A stretch of 24,303 bases of DNA, from the IMG/VR virus record IMGVR_UViG_3300009496_000071, positions 1 to 24,303 of that record; one strand, 5' to 3'. The position numbers and the translations under genes were made by a program. Below the pieces are notes generated by a model. That model saw nothing but the letters and a program-made list of their open reading frames with translations. It was not told the origin of the DNA and made no database searches. This document shows positions 1 through 8,733 of this stretch, one piece after another (position 1 is the first letter of the stretch; every line of letters starts with the position of its first letter). Origin of the DNA: a virus (Duplodnaviria > Caudoviricetes).

Positions 1-7
1 AATAAAA

Positions 8-217
8 ATGGAAATTACAGAGCAAAACGTATCGGCACTTTATGATTCAGTTAATTTGATTAACGAATTACAGGCTATTGAATTCCCTACAGAAGAACAA
101 ACGGAAACAATAGATCGAAATACTAAACACATTGAAATAATGATGGGCAAAGAAGATTTTGTTGCTTTACTTACAGAGGCGCAGATATTAGAAATTAACC
201 AACTAATAACAGAATAA
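8..217 (+). CDS. Hypothetical small acidic phage protein (69 aa)
   Basis: ORF with A-rich start context (AATAAAA-ATG), same strand as the operon; no recognisable motif. Confidence 0.7.
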   Translation: MEITEQNVSALYDSVNLINELQAIEFPTEEQTETIDRNTKHIEIMMGKEDFVALLTEAQILEINQLITE

Positions 218-280
218 TGACTTATACTTGGAACAATAATTTTAGTATTTAATAATAAAATGAAATAATAATTAAATAAA

Positions 281-499
281 ATGAATAAAATTAGAAAAAT
301 AAGCATTGGAAGAGACTATAAGAATGACGCAATGCATTATCAAGTAGGGCAGGAAGTTTTTGGGGGTCATAAAATATGTGATATAATACAAGAAGATACT
401 TCTTACAATATATATATTCAAAAAGAAGATGAAGTAATTTTATGGAAACATTTTAATGAAAATATGGCTATAAGCATTGAATACGACTTGAATTATTAA
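281..499 (+). CDS. Hypothetical phage protein (72 aa)
   Basis: ORF with A-rich leader; IRKISIGRDYKNDAMHYQVGQEVFGGH resembles a small protein I recall from upstream of GroES-like/terminase genes in aquatic Bacteroidota phages; function unknown. Confidence 0.75.
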   Translation: MNKIRKISIGRDYKNDAMHYQVGQEVFGGHKICDIIQEDTSYNIYIQKEDEVILWKHFNENMAISIEYDLNY

Positions 500-514
500 T
501 ATAAATTAAATTAA

Positions 515-1102
515 ATGAAACATTTACACTGTTATATTGTTGAACCAATAAATGGTAGATACAATAACAAAAGTGAAAATCTTATATTAAATACATCGAT
601 TGAAGATCATAAATTTGTAAATAGAGAGGGTATTATAAAAGAACTACCTATTAATGTAGAAAATAATTATTTGCAAGTAAATGATAAAGTAATTGTACAT
701 CACAATGTATTTAGAAGATTTTATGATGTTCGCGGGAAAGAAAAAAACAGTGGTAGTTATTTTGAAGAAAATAAATACTTCTGTTATGACGATCAAATAT
801 TTCTTTACAAAAGAAATAATAAATGGCACACACCACCGGGATACTGTTTTGTAAAACCAATACATAGCTTAAATAAATTTACAGAAGACAAAGAAGAGCC
901 GTTGACAGGTGTTTTAAAGCACCTAGGAGACGATCTAAGAAGCTTTGGCTTACAAGATAATGACTTAATAGGTTTTACACCAAATAGCGAATATGAGTTC
1001 GTTATAGATAACGAAAAATTATATAGAGTACCACTAAATTCAATCTCAATTAAATATGAACGTAAAGGACCTGAAGTCGAATATAATCCAAGCTGGATAT
1101 AA
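515..1102 (+). CDS. GroES/Cpn10-like co-chaperonin, apparently two tandem GroES-like units (195 aa)
   Basis: Two GroES-like patterns: YIVEP...GIIKELP...LQVNDKVIV and CFVKP...GVLKHLG...GLQDNDLIGF...EFVIDNEKLYRV; located next to head genes. Confidence 0.55.
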   Translation: MKHLHCYIVEPINGRYNNKSENLILNTSIEDHKFVNREGIIKELPINVENNYLQVNDKVIVHHNVFRRFYDVRGKEKNSGSYFEENKYFCYDDQIFLYKRNNKWHTPPGYCFVKPIHSLNKFTEDKEEPLTGVLKHLGDDLRSFGLQDNDLIGFTPNSEYEFVIDNEKLYRVPLNSISIKYERKGPEVEYNPSWI

Positions 1103-1331
1103 AGCAGTACATGAACTTATAAGGGTAGCTGAAGAAGAAATAATAGTTGAAGGCAGCGAAGACGAACTTGCTGCTGATAGATTAAAAAACGCGGCTGCTA
1201 CTAAAAAATTAGCAATTTTTGATGCTTTTGAAATATTAACCCGTATTGAAGCAGAAAAAAACCTAATGGAAAATAAACCCGCTGAAGATAAACAAAGCTT
1301 TAGTGGATTTGCTGAAAGAAGATCTAAGTAA
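1056..1331 (+). CDS. Small helical protein upstream of TerL, possible terminase small subunit (91 aa)
   Basis: Overlaps the previous gene by 47 nt and is coupled to terL by TAATG; helical and charged; function inferred from position only. Confidence 0.6.
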   Translation: MNVKDLKSNIIQAGYKAVHELIRVAEEEIIVEGSEDELAADRLKNAAATKKLAIFDAFEILTRIEAEKNLMENKPAEDKQSFSGFAERRSK

Positions 1332-3538
1332 TGTACGAGCAATATCTAGTAAAAACAATAACACCTATTAAGCCTAATGTTATAAAGCGAATGAATCGCT
1401 ATAACAAATGGGATTATGGCTATAATAAGGAATATGATATAATAGTCATAAGCAAGGATGGAAAGATTGGCGAGATAATAAAGATTCAAAATTTGTGTAT
1501 AGCATTACCAGAGCAGCCTAAAGACATTAGTAAAAAAACTGATAGATGGACTCCGGCAGAATACCCAAAAGAATTAAATCAAATAAAAAGTATATTTGAT
1601 TGGGAAAGCTATCCAGAAACATTTAAATCCAATTGGTATGAATATATTGATAAAGAGTTTACAAAACGTGAAGAAGGTCATTGGTTCAATAATAAAGGTA
1701 ATGCTACTTATATTACTGGTACTCACTACATGTACTTGCAGTGGACTAAAATTGACGTTGGGCGACCCGATTTTAGAGAAGCCAACAGATTATTTTTTAT
1801 CTTCTGGGAAGCTTGCAAAGCTGATAAACGATGCTACGGACTTTGCTACCTCAAAAACAGACGATCAGGCTTTAGTTTTATGGCGTCAGGGGAGACCGTT
1901 AACCAAGCAACAATATCATCCGATTCAAGATTTGGAATACTTTCTAAGACTGGAGCGGATGCAAAAAAGATGTTTACTGACAAAGTCGTGCCAATATCGG
2001 TTAACTATCCCTTCTTCTTTAAGCCAATACAAGACGGAATGGACAGGCCAAAATCAGAACTCGCCTATAGGGTCCCCGCTTCAAAGCTTACCAAAAAGAG
2101 TATTACAAAGACCAGTGAAAAGCAAATACTAGAGGGATTAGATACAACAATAGACTGGAAAAATACAGGTGACAACAGTTATGATGGTGAAAAATTAAGA
2201 CTGTTAGTTCACGATGAATCAGGAAAATGGGAAAGACCTGATAATATATTAAACAATTGGAGGGTAACAAAAACTACTTTACGATTAGGTAGCAGAATTA
2301 TTGGAAAGTGTATGATGGGTTCAACGTCAAATGCTTTAGAAAAAGGTGGCGGAAACTTTAAAAAACTGTACAATGACTCAGATGTTACCAGAAGAAATAA
2401 AAATGGACAGACTAGCTCGGGACTATATAGTTTGTTCATACCTATGGAATGGAACTACGAAGGATACATTGATTCTTATGGATACCCTGTATTTGATACT
2501 CCAGAAGAACCCATACTTGGCAATGACGGAGATTACATTGAAACAGGTGTAATTAATTTTTGGGAAAACGAAGTAGATGGATTAAAACATGATTCAGATG
2601 GCTTAAATGAATATTATAGACAATTCCCAAGAACAGAAGAGCATGCATTTAGAGACGAAGCAAAAAATAGTATATTTAATTTAACAAAAATATATGAGCA
2701 AATAGATTATAACGAAGACCTTGTAAGACAAGGAGTTATAACTAAAGGTTCATTTTCTTGGGAAAATGGTATTAAAGATAGTAAGGTTATTTTTAATCCA
2801 AACCCATCTGGTAGGTTTTTAGTTTCATGGGTTCCTCCTAAGAACCTGCAAAACAACGTAATAGTAAAGAATGGAGTCAAACAACCAGGTAATGAGCATA
2901 TGGGTGCTTTTGGTTGTGATTCATATGATATATCAGGTACAACTGATGGAGTAGGATCTAAAGGATCGTTACACGGGCTTACTAAGTTCAGTATGGAAGA
3001 TGCTCCAACAAGCACATTTTTTTTAGAATATGTAGCAAGACCTCAAACCGCTGAAATATTTTTTGAAGATATGTTAATGGCTATTATATTTTATGGTATG
3101 CCAATATTATGTGAAAATAATAAGCCCCGTTTATTATATCATATTAGGAGAAGAGGTTATAGAGGGTTTTCAATGAATAGACCGGATAAAGTCTGGAACA
3201 AACTATCTGTAACAGAAAAAGAAATTGGGGGAATACCAAATACCTCTGAAGATATTAAACAAGCTCATGCTGCTGCAATTGAAACTTACATAGAAAAACA
3301 TGTAGGTGTTAATGAAGATGGTGGTGGTAATATATATTTTAATAGAACATTAAACGATTGGGCTAAATTTGATATAAATAAAAGAACAAAGTTTGATGCA
3401 ACAATAAGCTCAGGATTAGCTATAATGGCCTGTAATAGACATTTATATCATCCTAAGCCAAAATACGAAAAGTCTAATTTAGACTTAAAAATTTCAAGAT
3501 ATAACAATAAAGGTACGCATTCGCAAATAATACAATAA
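1331..3538 (+). CDS. terL: Terminase large subunit (735 aa)
   Basis: Walker A-like YLKNRRSGFS, Walker B LLVHDESGK, coupling motif GST, RNase H-like nuclease motif GAFGCDSYD and C-terminal FDATIS; immediately upstream of portal. Confidence 0.93.
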   Translation: MYEQYLVKTITPIKPNVIKRMNRYNKWDYGYNKEYDIIVISKDGKIGEIIKIQNLCIALPEQPKDISKKTDRWTPAEYPKELNQIKSIFDWESYPETFKSNWYEYIDKEFTKREEGHWFNNKGNATYITGTHYMYLQWTKIDVGRPDFREANRLFFIFWEACKADKRCYGLCYLKNRRSGFSFMASGETVNQATISSDSRFGILSKTGADAKKMFTDKVVPISVNYPFFFKPIQDGMDRPKSELAYRVPASKLTKKSITKTSEKQILEGLDTTIDWKNTGDNSYDGEKLRLLVHDESGKWERPDNILNNWRVTKTTLRLGSRIIGKCMMGSTSNALEKGGGNFKKLYNDSDVTRRNKNGQTSSGLYSLFIPMEWNYEGYIDSYGYPVFDTPEEPILGNDGDYIETGVINFWENEVDGLKHDSDGLNEYYRQFPRTEEHAFRDEAKNSIFNLTKIYEQIDYNEDLVRQGVITKGSFSWENGIKDSKVIFNPNPSGRFLVSWVPPKNLQNNVIVKNGVKQPGNEHMGAFGCDSYDISGTTDGVGSKGSLHGLTKFSMEDAPTSTFFLEYVARPQTAEIFFEDMLMAIIFYGMPILCENNKPRLLYHIRRRGYRGFSMNRPDKVWNKLSVTEKEIGGIPNTSEDIKQAHAAAIETYIEKHVGVNEDGGGNIYFNRTLNDWAKFDINKRTKFDATISSGLAIMACNRHLYHPKPKYEKSNLDLKISRYNNKGTHSQIIQ
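1668..2132 (+). CDS. Putative overprinted lipoprotein in the +1 frame of terL (GTG start 1668; alternative ATG 1638)
   Basis: Frame is stop-free from 1587 to 2129; N-terminus MKKVIGSIIKVMLLILLVLTTC is a basic-hydrophobic-Cys signal peptidase II pattern; terL codons here shift to C-ending forms. Confidence 0.5.
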   Translation: MKKVIGSIIKVMLLILLVLTTCTCSGLKLTLGDPILEKPTDYFLSSGKLAKLINDATDFATSKTDDQALVLWRQGRPLTKQQYHPIQDLEYFLRLERMQKRCLLTKSCQYRLTIPSSLSQYKTEWTGQNQNSPIGSPLQSLPKRVLQRPVKSKY

Positions 3539-3539
3539 T

Positions 3540-5963
3540 ATGGCCGAATCAATTTTAAAAAGTTCATTTCCTAGTCAAATTGCTAGTGATGCTGAAAAAG
3601 CAAGCTCAGAGTATGGGGCAAAAGTAGCAAGAGCTATTGAACACGAGTGGTTTAAAAGAGATAGTGGTGCAACACGTTTTTATTCAAATAGAGATGAGTT
3701 TCACAGATTAAGATTATATGCAAGAGGCGAGCAGTCTGTTAAAAAATATAAAGATGAGTTGTCTATTAACGGCGATTTGTCTTATCTTAATTTAGACTGG
3801 AAGCCTGTACCTATTATACCTAAGTTTGTAGATATTGTGGTAAATGGCATGTCTGACAGATTATATGATATTAAAGCGTACTCACAAGATAGTTCTAGTA
3901 TAAAAAAAAGAACAGAATACGTTGAGTCTGTGTTGGCTGATATGCAAACAAGAGCAATATCAGATCAAATACAGCAGGAGCTTGGAATTAATGTGTATAG
4001 CAATGATCCTGCAACATTACCTCACAACGAAGAAGAGTTGGCTTTACGAATGCAATTAGAATACAAACAATCTATAGAAATTGCACAGGAGCAGGCTATT
4101 CACGTTGTTTTAAATACTAATAAATATGACCTATTAAAAAGACGTATTAATTATGATTTAACTGTAATTGGTATTGGAGCGACAAAAAATACATTTAATA
4201 AAGCTGAGGGAATTAAACTAGAGTATGTTGACCCCGCTAATTTAGTATATTCATATACAGATTCACCTTATTTTGATGATATATATTATATTGGAGAAAT
4301 AAAAAGTGTTACATTAAATGAATTAAAAACACAATTTCCTGATTTAGATAATGAAGAACTTCAAAAGCTTAGTAAGCAAGGAAGTCAAACTTCTGCTGCT
4401 CATAATAGGTTTATAAATGAGGACAGTACATTAGATGCAAACACAATACAAGTTTTATATTTTAATTTTAAAACATATAAGAACGAAGTATTTAAAATAA
4501 AGAAAACAGCAACAGGTGCTGATAAAGCTTTAGCTAAAAATGATCAATTTAATCCTCCTAAGGATAAAAGAGCTGATTTTGAAAAAGTTTCTAGGTCTGT
4601 TGAAGTTATATATGATGGTGCGTTTGTAATTGGTGTTGGAAAATTACTTAAGTGGGAAATGGCTAAAAATATGACGCGCCCAAAAAGTGATACGTCTAAA
4701 GCTATGTTTAATTATAGCGTTGTAGCACCAAGAATATACAAAGGAAGAATTGAATCTTTAGTTAGTAGAATTACAAGTTTTGCTGATATGATTCAATTAA
4801 CACATTTAAAACTACAGCAAGTATTGTCAAGAATGATTCCTGATGGAGTCTATTTAGACGCTGATGGCTTGGCTGAAATAGATTTAGGAAATGGAACAAA
4901 TTACAATCCTCAAGAAGCATTAAATATGTTTTTCCAAACAGGTAGTGTAATTGGTAGATCTTTAACAGCCGACGGAGACATGAATGCGGGCAGAATGCCT
5001 ATTCAAGAGCTAACCTCTAATGGTGGTAATAATAAAATAAATTCTCTTATAAGCACTTATAATTATTATCTACAGATGATACGTGATGTTAGCGGATTAA
5101 ACGAAGCAAGAGATGGTAGTAAGCCAGATGCTAACGCTTTAGTTGGTATTCAAAAAATGGCTGCAGCTAATTCTAACACAGCTACTAGGCATATATTACA
5201 AGGAAGTATGTATTTAACTGTTAAAACAGCAGAAGCTATTAGTTTGCGTATATCCGATATATTAGAATTTTCACCAACTAGAGAATCTTTTATATCTAGT
5301 ATAGGTAGATTTAATGTAGCAACATTAGAAGAAGTAGCCAATATGCATATGCATGACTTTGGCATTTTTATTGAGTTAGAGCCAGACGCAGAAGAAAAGC
5401 AGCTGCTTGAAAATAACATACAACAAGCTCTTTCTAGAGACCAAATATATCTTGAGGATGCTATTGATATTAGAGAAGTTAAAAATTTAAAACTAGCTAA
5501 TCAATTATTAAAAGTACGTAGACGTAAAAAATTAGAGCAAGATCAAAAAATTTCACAAGCTAATATTCAAGCTCAAGCTAATGCTAATTCACAAAACACT
5601 CAGGTAGCTGCTCAAATGGAAGTTCAAAAGAACGAAGCTCTTACTGCACAAAAAGTAGAGTTAATACAAATAGAGTCAGAGCTTGAAATGCAAAAAATGC
5701 AAACTGAAAAAGAACTTAAGAAAGAACTTATGAAATATGAGTTTGATCTTAATATTGCTATTAAGCAACAAGACAATGATCTTTTAGATAAAAAAGAAAA
5801 ATATAAAGAAGATCGGAAAGATGAAAGAACTAGAATACAAGCTGGTCAACAATCTAAACTAATTGAGCAAAGAAAAGATCGAAAAGGAGAGCAAGAGTTT
5901 GAATCCGCTGGTAATGATACCATGGGTAGCGGATTTAATTTAGAAATGTTTGAACCAAGATAA
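3540..5963 (+). CDS. Portal protein (807 aa)
   Basis: Follows TerL; size and motifs (LDWKPVPIIPKFVDIVVNG, IRDVSGLNEARDGS) and a Gln/Glu/Lys-rich coiled-coil C-terminal barrel fit crAss-like/P22-type portals. Confidence 0.88.
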   Translation: MAESILKSSFPSQIASDAEKASSEYGAKVARAIEHEWFKRDSGATRFYSNRDEFHRLRLYARGEQSVKKYKDELSINGDLSYLNLDWKPVPIIPKFVDIVVNGMSDRLYDIKAYSQDSSSIKKRTEYVESVLADMQTRAISDQIQQELGINVYSNDPATLPHNEEELALRMQLEYKQSIEIAQEQAIHVVLNTNKYDLLKRRINYDLTVIGIGATKNTFNKAEGIKLEYVDPANLVYSYTDSPYFDDIYYIGEIKSVTLNELKTQFPDLDNEELQKLSKQGSQTSAAHNRFINEDSTLDANTIQVLYFNFKTYKNEVFKIKKTATGADKALAKNDQFNPPKDKRADFEKVSRSVEVIYDGAFVIGVGKLLKWEMAKNMTRPKSDTSKAMFNYSVVAPRIYKGRIESLVSRITSFADMIQLTHLKLQQVLSRMIPDGVYLDADGLAEIDLGNGTNYNPQEALNMFFQTGSVIGRSLTADGDMNAGRMPIQELTSNGGNNKINSLISTYNYYLQMIRDVSGLNEARDGSKPDANALVGIQKMAAANSNTATRHILQGSMYLTVKTAEAISLRISDILEFSPTRESFISSIGRFNVATLEEVANMHMHDFGIFIELEPDAEEKQLLENNIQQALSRDQIYLEDAIDIREVKNLKLANQLLKVRRRKKLEQDQKISQANIQAQANANSQNTQVAAQMEVQKNEALTAQKVELIQIESELEMQKMQTEKELKKELMKYEFDLNIAIKQQDNDLLDKKEKYKEDRKDERTRIQAGQQSKLIEQRKDRKGEQEFESAGNDTMGSGFNLEMFEPR

Positions 5964-5998
5964 CAAATACCCAACAATTAATTTTATAATATTTTATC

Positions 5999-7219
5999 AT
6001 GTCAGAAGAAACAACAAACCAAGAAGAAACTTTGCAGGAAACTGTAGAAAGTCAAACAGAAGTTCAACAAGAAGTTGCACAAGATGATGTACCGAAAAAC
6101 GTATCAGTTGATGAGGATGGTACTATTAAGATTGACTTAAGACAACAACCAGAAACACAACAAGAAGATGCCGTTCAAGAGCAAGAAACAACAAGCGTGG
6201 ATGTGGGCGAACAAACCACAAATAGCGAAGAAGTGGACAAAGAAGTACGGGCCGATAACGATGAAAGTCCAGTCGTCGAGCTCGTGCAAGATGAAGAAGT
6301 AGAAAATGTTCAAGAAACAATATTAGCGGATAAAATAAAAGATATTCCTAATAAGCTTAAAGAGCAAGAGGAAGACGTAAGTAATACTAGAGAGCTTCCT
6401 GAAAATGTAGATAAGCTAATAAGCTTTATGGAAGAAACAGGTGGAACGCTTGAAGATTACATAAGTTTAAATAAAGATTATGGTGCAATGGAAGATATGG
6501 AAGTACTTCGCGAGCACTATAGAAAAAGTAAACCGCACTTGGATGAAAGTGAAATTAATTTTTTAATTGAAGATTCTTTTTCATATGATGAAGACATTGA
6601 TGATGAAAGAGATATTAGACGTAAAAAATTATTATTAAAAGAAAGTATTGCTGAGGCAAAATCAAATCTAACTAGTTTAAAGGGTAAATATTACGATGAT
6701 CTTAAGTTAAGCTCAAAGTTAACTCCAGAACAAATAGAGGCGGTTGAGTTTTACAATAGTTATAAAGAAGAACAGGATTCTGTTCAGCAGCAGTCGCAAA
6801 AACAAAGAACTGTATTTGAAGAAAAAACAAATAATTTGTTTTCTGAAAGTTTCAAAGGTTTTGAATACAAAGTAGGGGATAAAAAATACAGATTCAATGT
6901 TAAAGATGTAAACAATGTTAAATCTACTCAGTCAGATATTAATTCGTTAGTTAGCAAGTTTGTTAACAATAATAATGAAATGTCAGACGCAGCAGGTTAC
7001 CATAAAGCATTATTTACAGCGATGAATGCTGACTCTATTGCTAATCATTTCTATGAACAAGGTCGAGCAGATGCAATTAAAACGCAAATGCAAGAATCTA
7101 AAAACATAGATATGGGACCACGGGGAACGCATGAAGCGGTAACCACGGACTCAGGGGTTAAAATTAGAGCTGTTGCAGGAGACGATTCTTCGCGATTAAG
7201 AATAAAAATGAAACAATAA
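5999..7219 (+). CDS. Acidic capsid scaffolding/assembly-like protein (406 aa)
   Basis: Between portal and MCP; very Glu/Gln/Asp-rich disordered N-terminus, helical core, ANHFYEQG motif, basic C-terminal tip. Confidence 0.7.
   Translation: MSEETTNQEETLQETVESQTEVQQEVAQDDVPKNVSVDEDGTIKIDLRQQPETQQEDAVQEQETTSVDVGEQTTNSEEVDKEVRADNDESPVVELVQDEEVENVQETILADKIKDIPNKLKEQEEDVSNTRELPENVDKLISFMEETGGTLEDYISLNKDYGAMEDMEVLREHYRKSKPHLDESEINFLIEDSFSYDEDIDDERDIRRKKLLLKESIAEAKSNLTSLKGKYYDDLKLSSKLTPEQIEAVEFYNSYKEEQDSVQQQSQKQRTVFEEKTNNLFSESFKGFEYKVGDKKYRFNVKDVNNVKSTQSDINSLVSKFVNNNNEMSDAAGYHKALFTAMNADSIANHFYEQGRADAIKTQMQESKNIDMGPRGTHEAVTTDSGVKIRAVAGDDSSRLRIKMKQ
6168..6302 (+). CDS. Overprinted small basic protein MPFKSKKQQAWMWANKPQIAKKWTKKYGPITMKVQSSSSCKMKK (44 aa), +1 frame of scaffold gene
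   Basis: ATG 6168 to TAG 6300-6302 read directly; A-rich leader; matches the MPFKSxxQxxWMxANxPxxAKxW pattern I recognise from stand-alone small phage proteins; local excess of CG-containing codons in the host frame. Confidence 0.75.
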   Translation: MPFKSKKQQAWMWANKPQIAKKWTKKYGPITMKVQSSSSCKMKK

Positions 7220-7238
7220 TTTTAAAACCTAAAATAAA

Positions 7239-8660
7239 ATGGGATTATTTAACACTGGTGGATCGTTTCCTGCGGGATTAACACCATCACCAACTAAAAC
7301 ACTATTTGCAGGTAACTACCTGACATTTGACTCTGCCTCTGGAGGTGGAACTTTTGCACAACAATTCTTACCAGACGTATATGAAAAAGAAGTTGAAAGA
7401 TACGGAAATCGTTCTGTAGCTTCTTTCTTACGTATGGTTGGAGCTGAAATTCCTTCTGCTTCAGATCAAATTATTTGGTCAGAGCAAGGAAGATTGCATA
7501 TTGCTTATGATGATGCAACTCTTACTGCTGCAACAAGCGTTGTTGCTAAAGCTGGTCATGCTGTTCGTTTAGGACAGACTGTTGCTATTTCTCAAGGGCT
7601 TACAACTGTTAAAGCCGTAGTTACTGTTGTAGCTGCTGGACAATTTACTGTTGCACCCTACACAGCAGAACATCTTGATGATGCAGGCTTAGCTGACGGA
7701 ACTGCTAAAGTATTTGTTTACGGTTCTGAATTTGCTAAAGGAACTGCTGGAATGCAAGGATCTGTAGATGCTGGTTTCCAACAATTCAGCAATTCACCAA
7801 TTATTATTAAAGACAAGTATTCAATTTCAGGATCTGATGCTGCTCAAATTGGGTGGGTAGAAGTAACTACTGAAAATGGAGCGTCTGGATATTTATGGTA
7901 TTTAAAATCTGAGCATGAAACACGCTTACGTTTTGAAGACTATTTAGAAATGTCTATGGTAGAAGGTGAAAAAGCTGCTGCAGGTTCTGGAGCTCTTGGA
8001 GCAAGTTACAAAGGTACTGAAGGTCTTTTCGCTGCAATTGAAGGAAGAGGTAATATTTATCAAAACTTTAATTCAGGTGAAGCTACTTTAGCAAACGCTG
8101 GATCAGATCGTACTGCTTTACAAGATTTTGATGAAATTCTTAAGAACCTTGACAAGCAAGGAGCTATTGAAGAAAACATGCTTTTCTTAAACAGAGCTAC
8201 CGCGCTTGCTTTTGATGATATGCTAGGAGCTGTAAATGCTCACTATAATGGTGGATCTTCTTTTGGAGTATTCAACAACAGTGAGGATATGGCACTTAAC
8301 CTAGGATTTAGCGGTTTCCGCAGAGGATCTTACGACTTCTACAAAACTGACTGGAAATATTTAAATGATGCTGCTACACGTGGACTTACTGAAGATATTG
8401 ATGGTGTACTTGTGCCTGCTGGTACTTCGACTGTATACGATCAGCAATTAGGTAAGAACATTAAGCGTCCTTTCTTACATGTACGTTACCGTGCTTCAGA
8501 AGCTGATGATAGAAAAATGAAATCTTGGATCACTGGATCTGTAGGTGGAGTTTATACTTCTGACGTTGATGAAATGAACGTTAACTTCTTGTCAGAAAGA
8601 TGTTTATGTGTTCAAGGAGCTAACAACTTTACTTTATTCAAGTCTGTTACTCAATCATAA
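7239..8660 (+). CDS. Major capsid protein (473 aa)
   Basis: Position after portal/scaffold; motifs QQFLPDVYEKEVERYGNR, WSEQGRLH, GTEGLFAAIE, GFSGFRRG; high-expression codon bias (GCT, CGT, TTC, AAC); followed by a terminator. Confidence 0.88.
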   Translation: MGLFNTGGSFPAGLTPSPTKTLFAGNYLTFDSASGGGTFAQQFLPDVYEKEVERYGNRSVASFLRMVGAEIPSASDQIIWSEQGRLHIAYDDATLTAATSVVAKAGHAVRLGQTVAISQGLTTVKAVVTVVAAGQFTVAPYTAEHLDDAGLADGTAKVFVYGSEFAKGTAGMQGSVDAGFQQFSNSPIIIKDKYSISGSDAAQIGWVEVTTENGASGYLWYLKSEHETRLRFEDYLEMSMVEGEKAAAGSGALGASYKGTEGLFAAIEGRGNIYQNFNSGEATLANAGSDRTALQDFDEILKNLDKQGAIEENMLFLNRATALAFDDMLGAVNAHYNGGSSFGVFNNSEDMALNLGFSGFRRGSYDFYKTDWKYLNDAATRGLTEDIDGVLVPAGTSTVYDQQLGKNIKRPFLHVRYRASEADDRKMKSWITGSVGGVYTSDVDEMNVNFLSERCLCVQGANNFTLFKSVTQS

Positions 8661-8668
8661 TTACTAAT

Positions 8669-8711
8669 GTAAAGAATGGGGCGTCTCTGGGCGTCCCTGC
8701 CTTTACTTTTT
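8669..8711 (+). terminator. Rho-independent terminator after MCP
   Basis: Inner stem GGGGCGTC/GGCGTCCC (loop TCTG, two G-U pairs), outer stem GTAAAG/CTTTAC, then TTTTT. Confidence 0.8.
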
Positions 8712-8733
8712 ATAAATCTTATTATATTATATC

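Noticed and set aside
2871-2954. 27-aa hydrophobic +1 ORF in terL (MESNNQVMSIWVLLVVIHMIYQVQLME)
   Set aside because: Short and dictated by the conserved GAFGCDSYD nuclease motif; no supporting codon anomaly.
7101-7200. GC-rich patch with CCACGG twice at the 3' end of the scaffold gene
   Set aside because: Both alternative + frames hit stops quickly and I found no convincing stem; unexplained but unsupported.
1331-8660. Introns or inteins in terL, portal or MCP
   Set aside because: ORFs are continuous and of plausible length, with no intein splice motifs or homing endonuclease ORFs seen.
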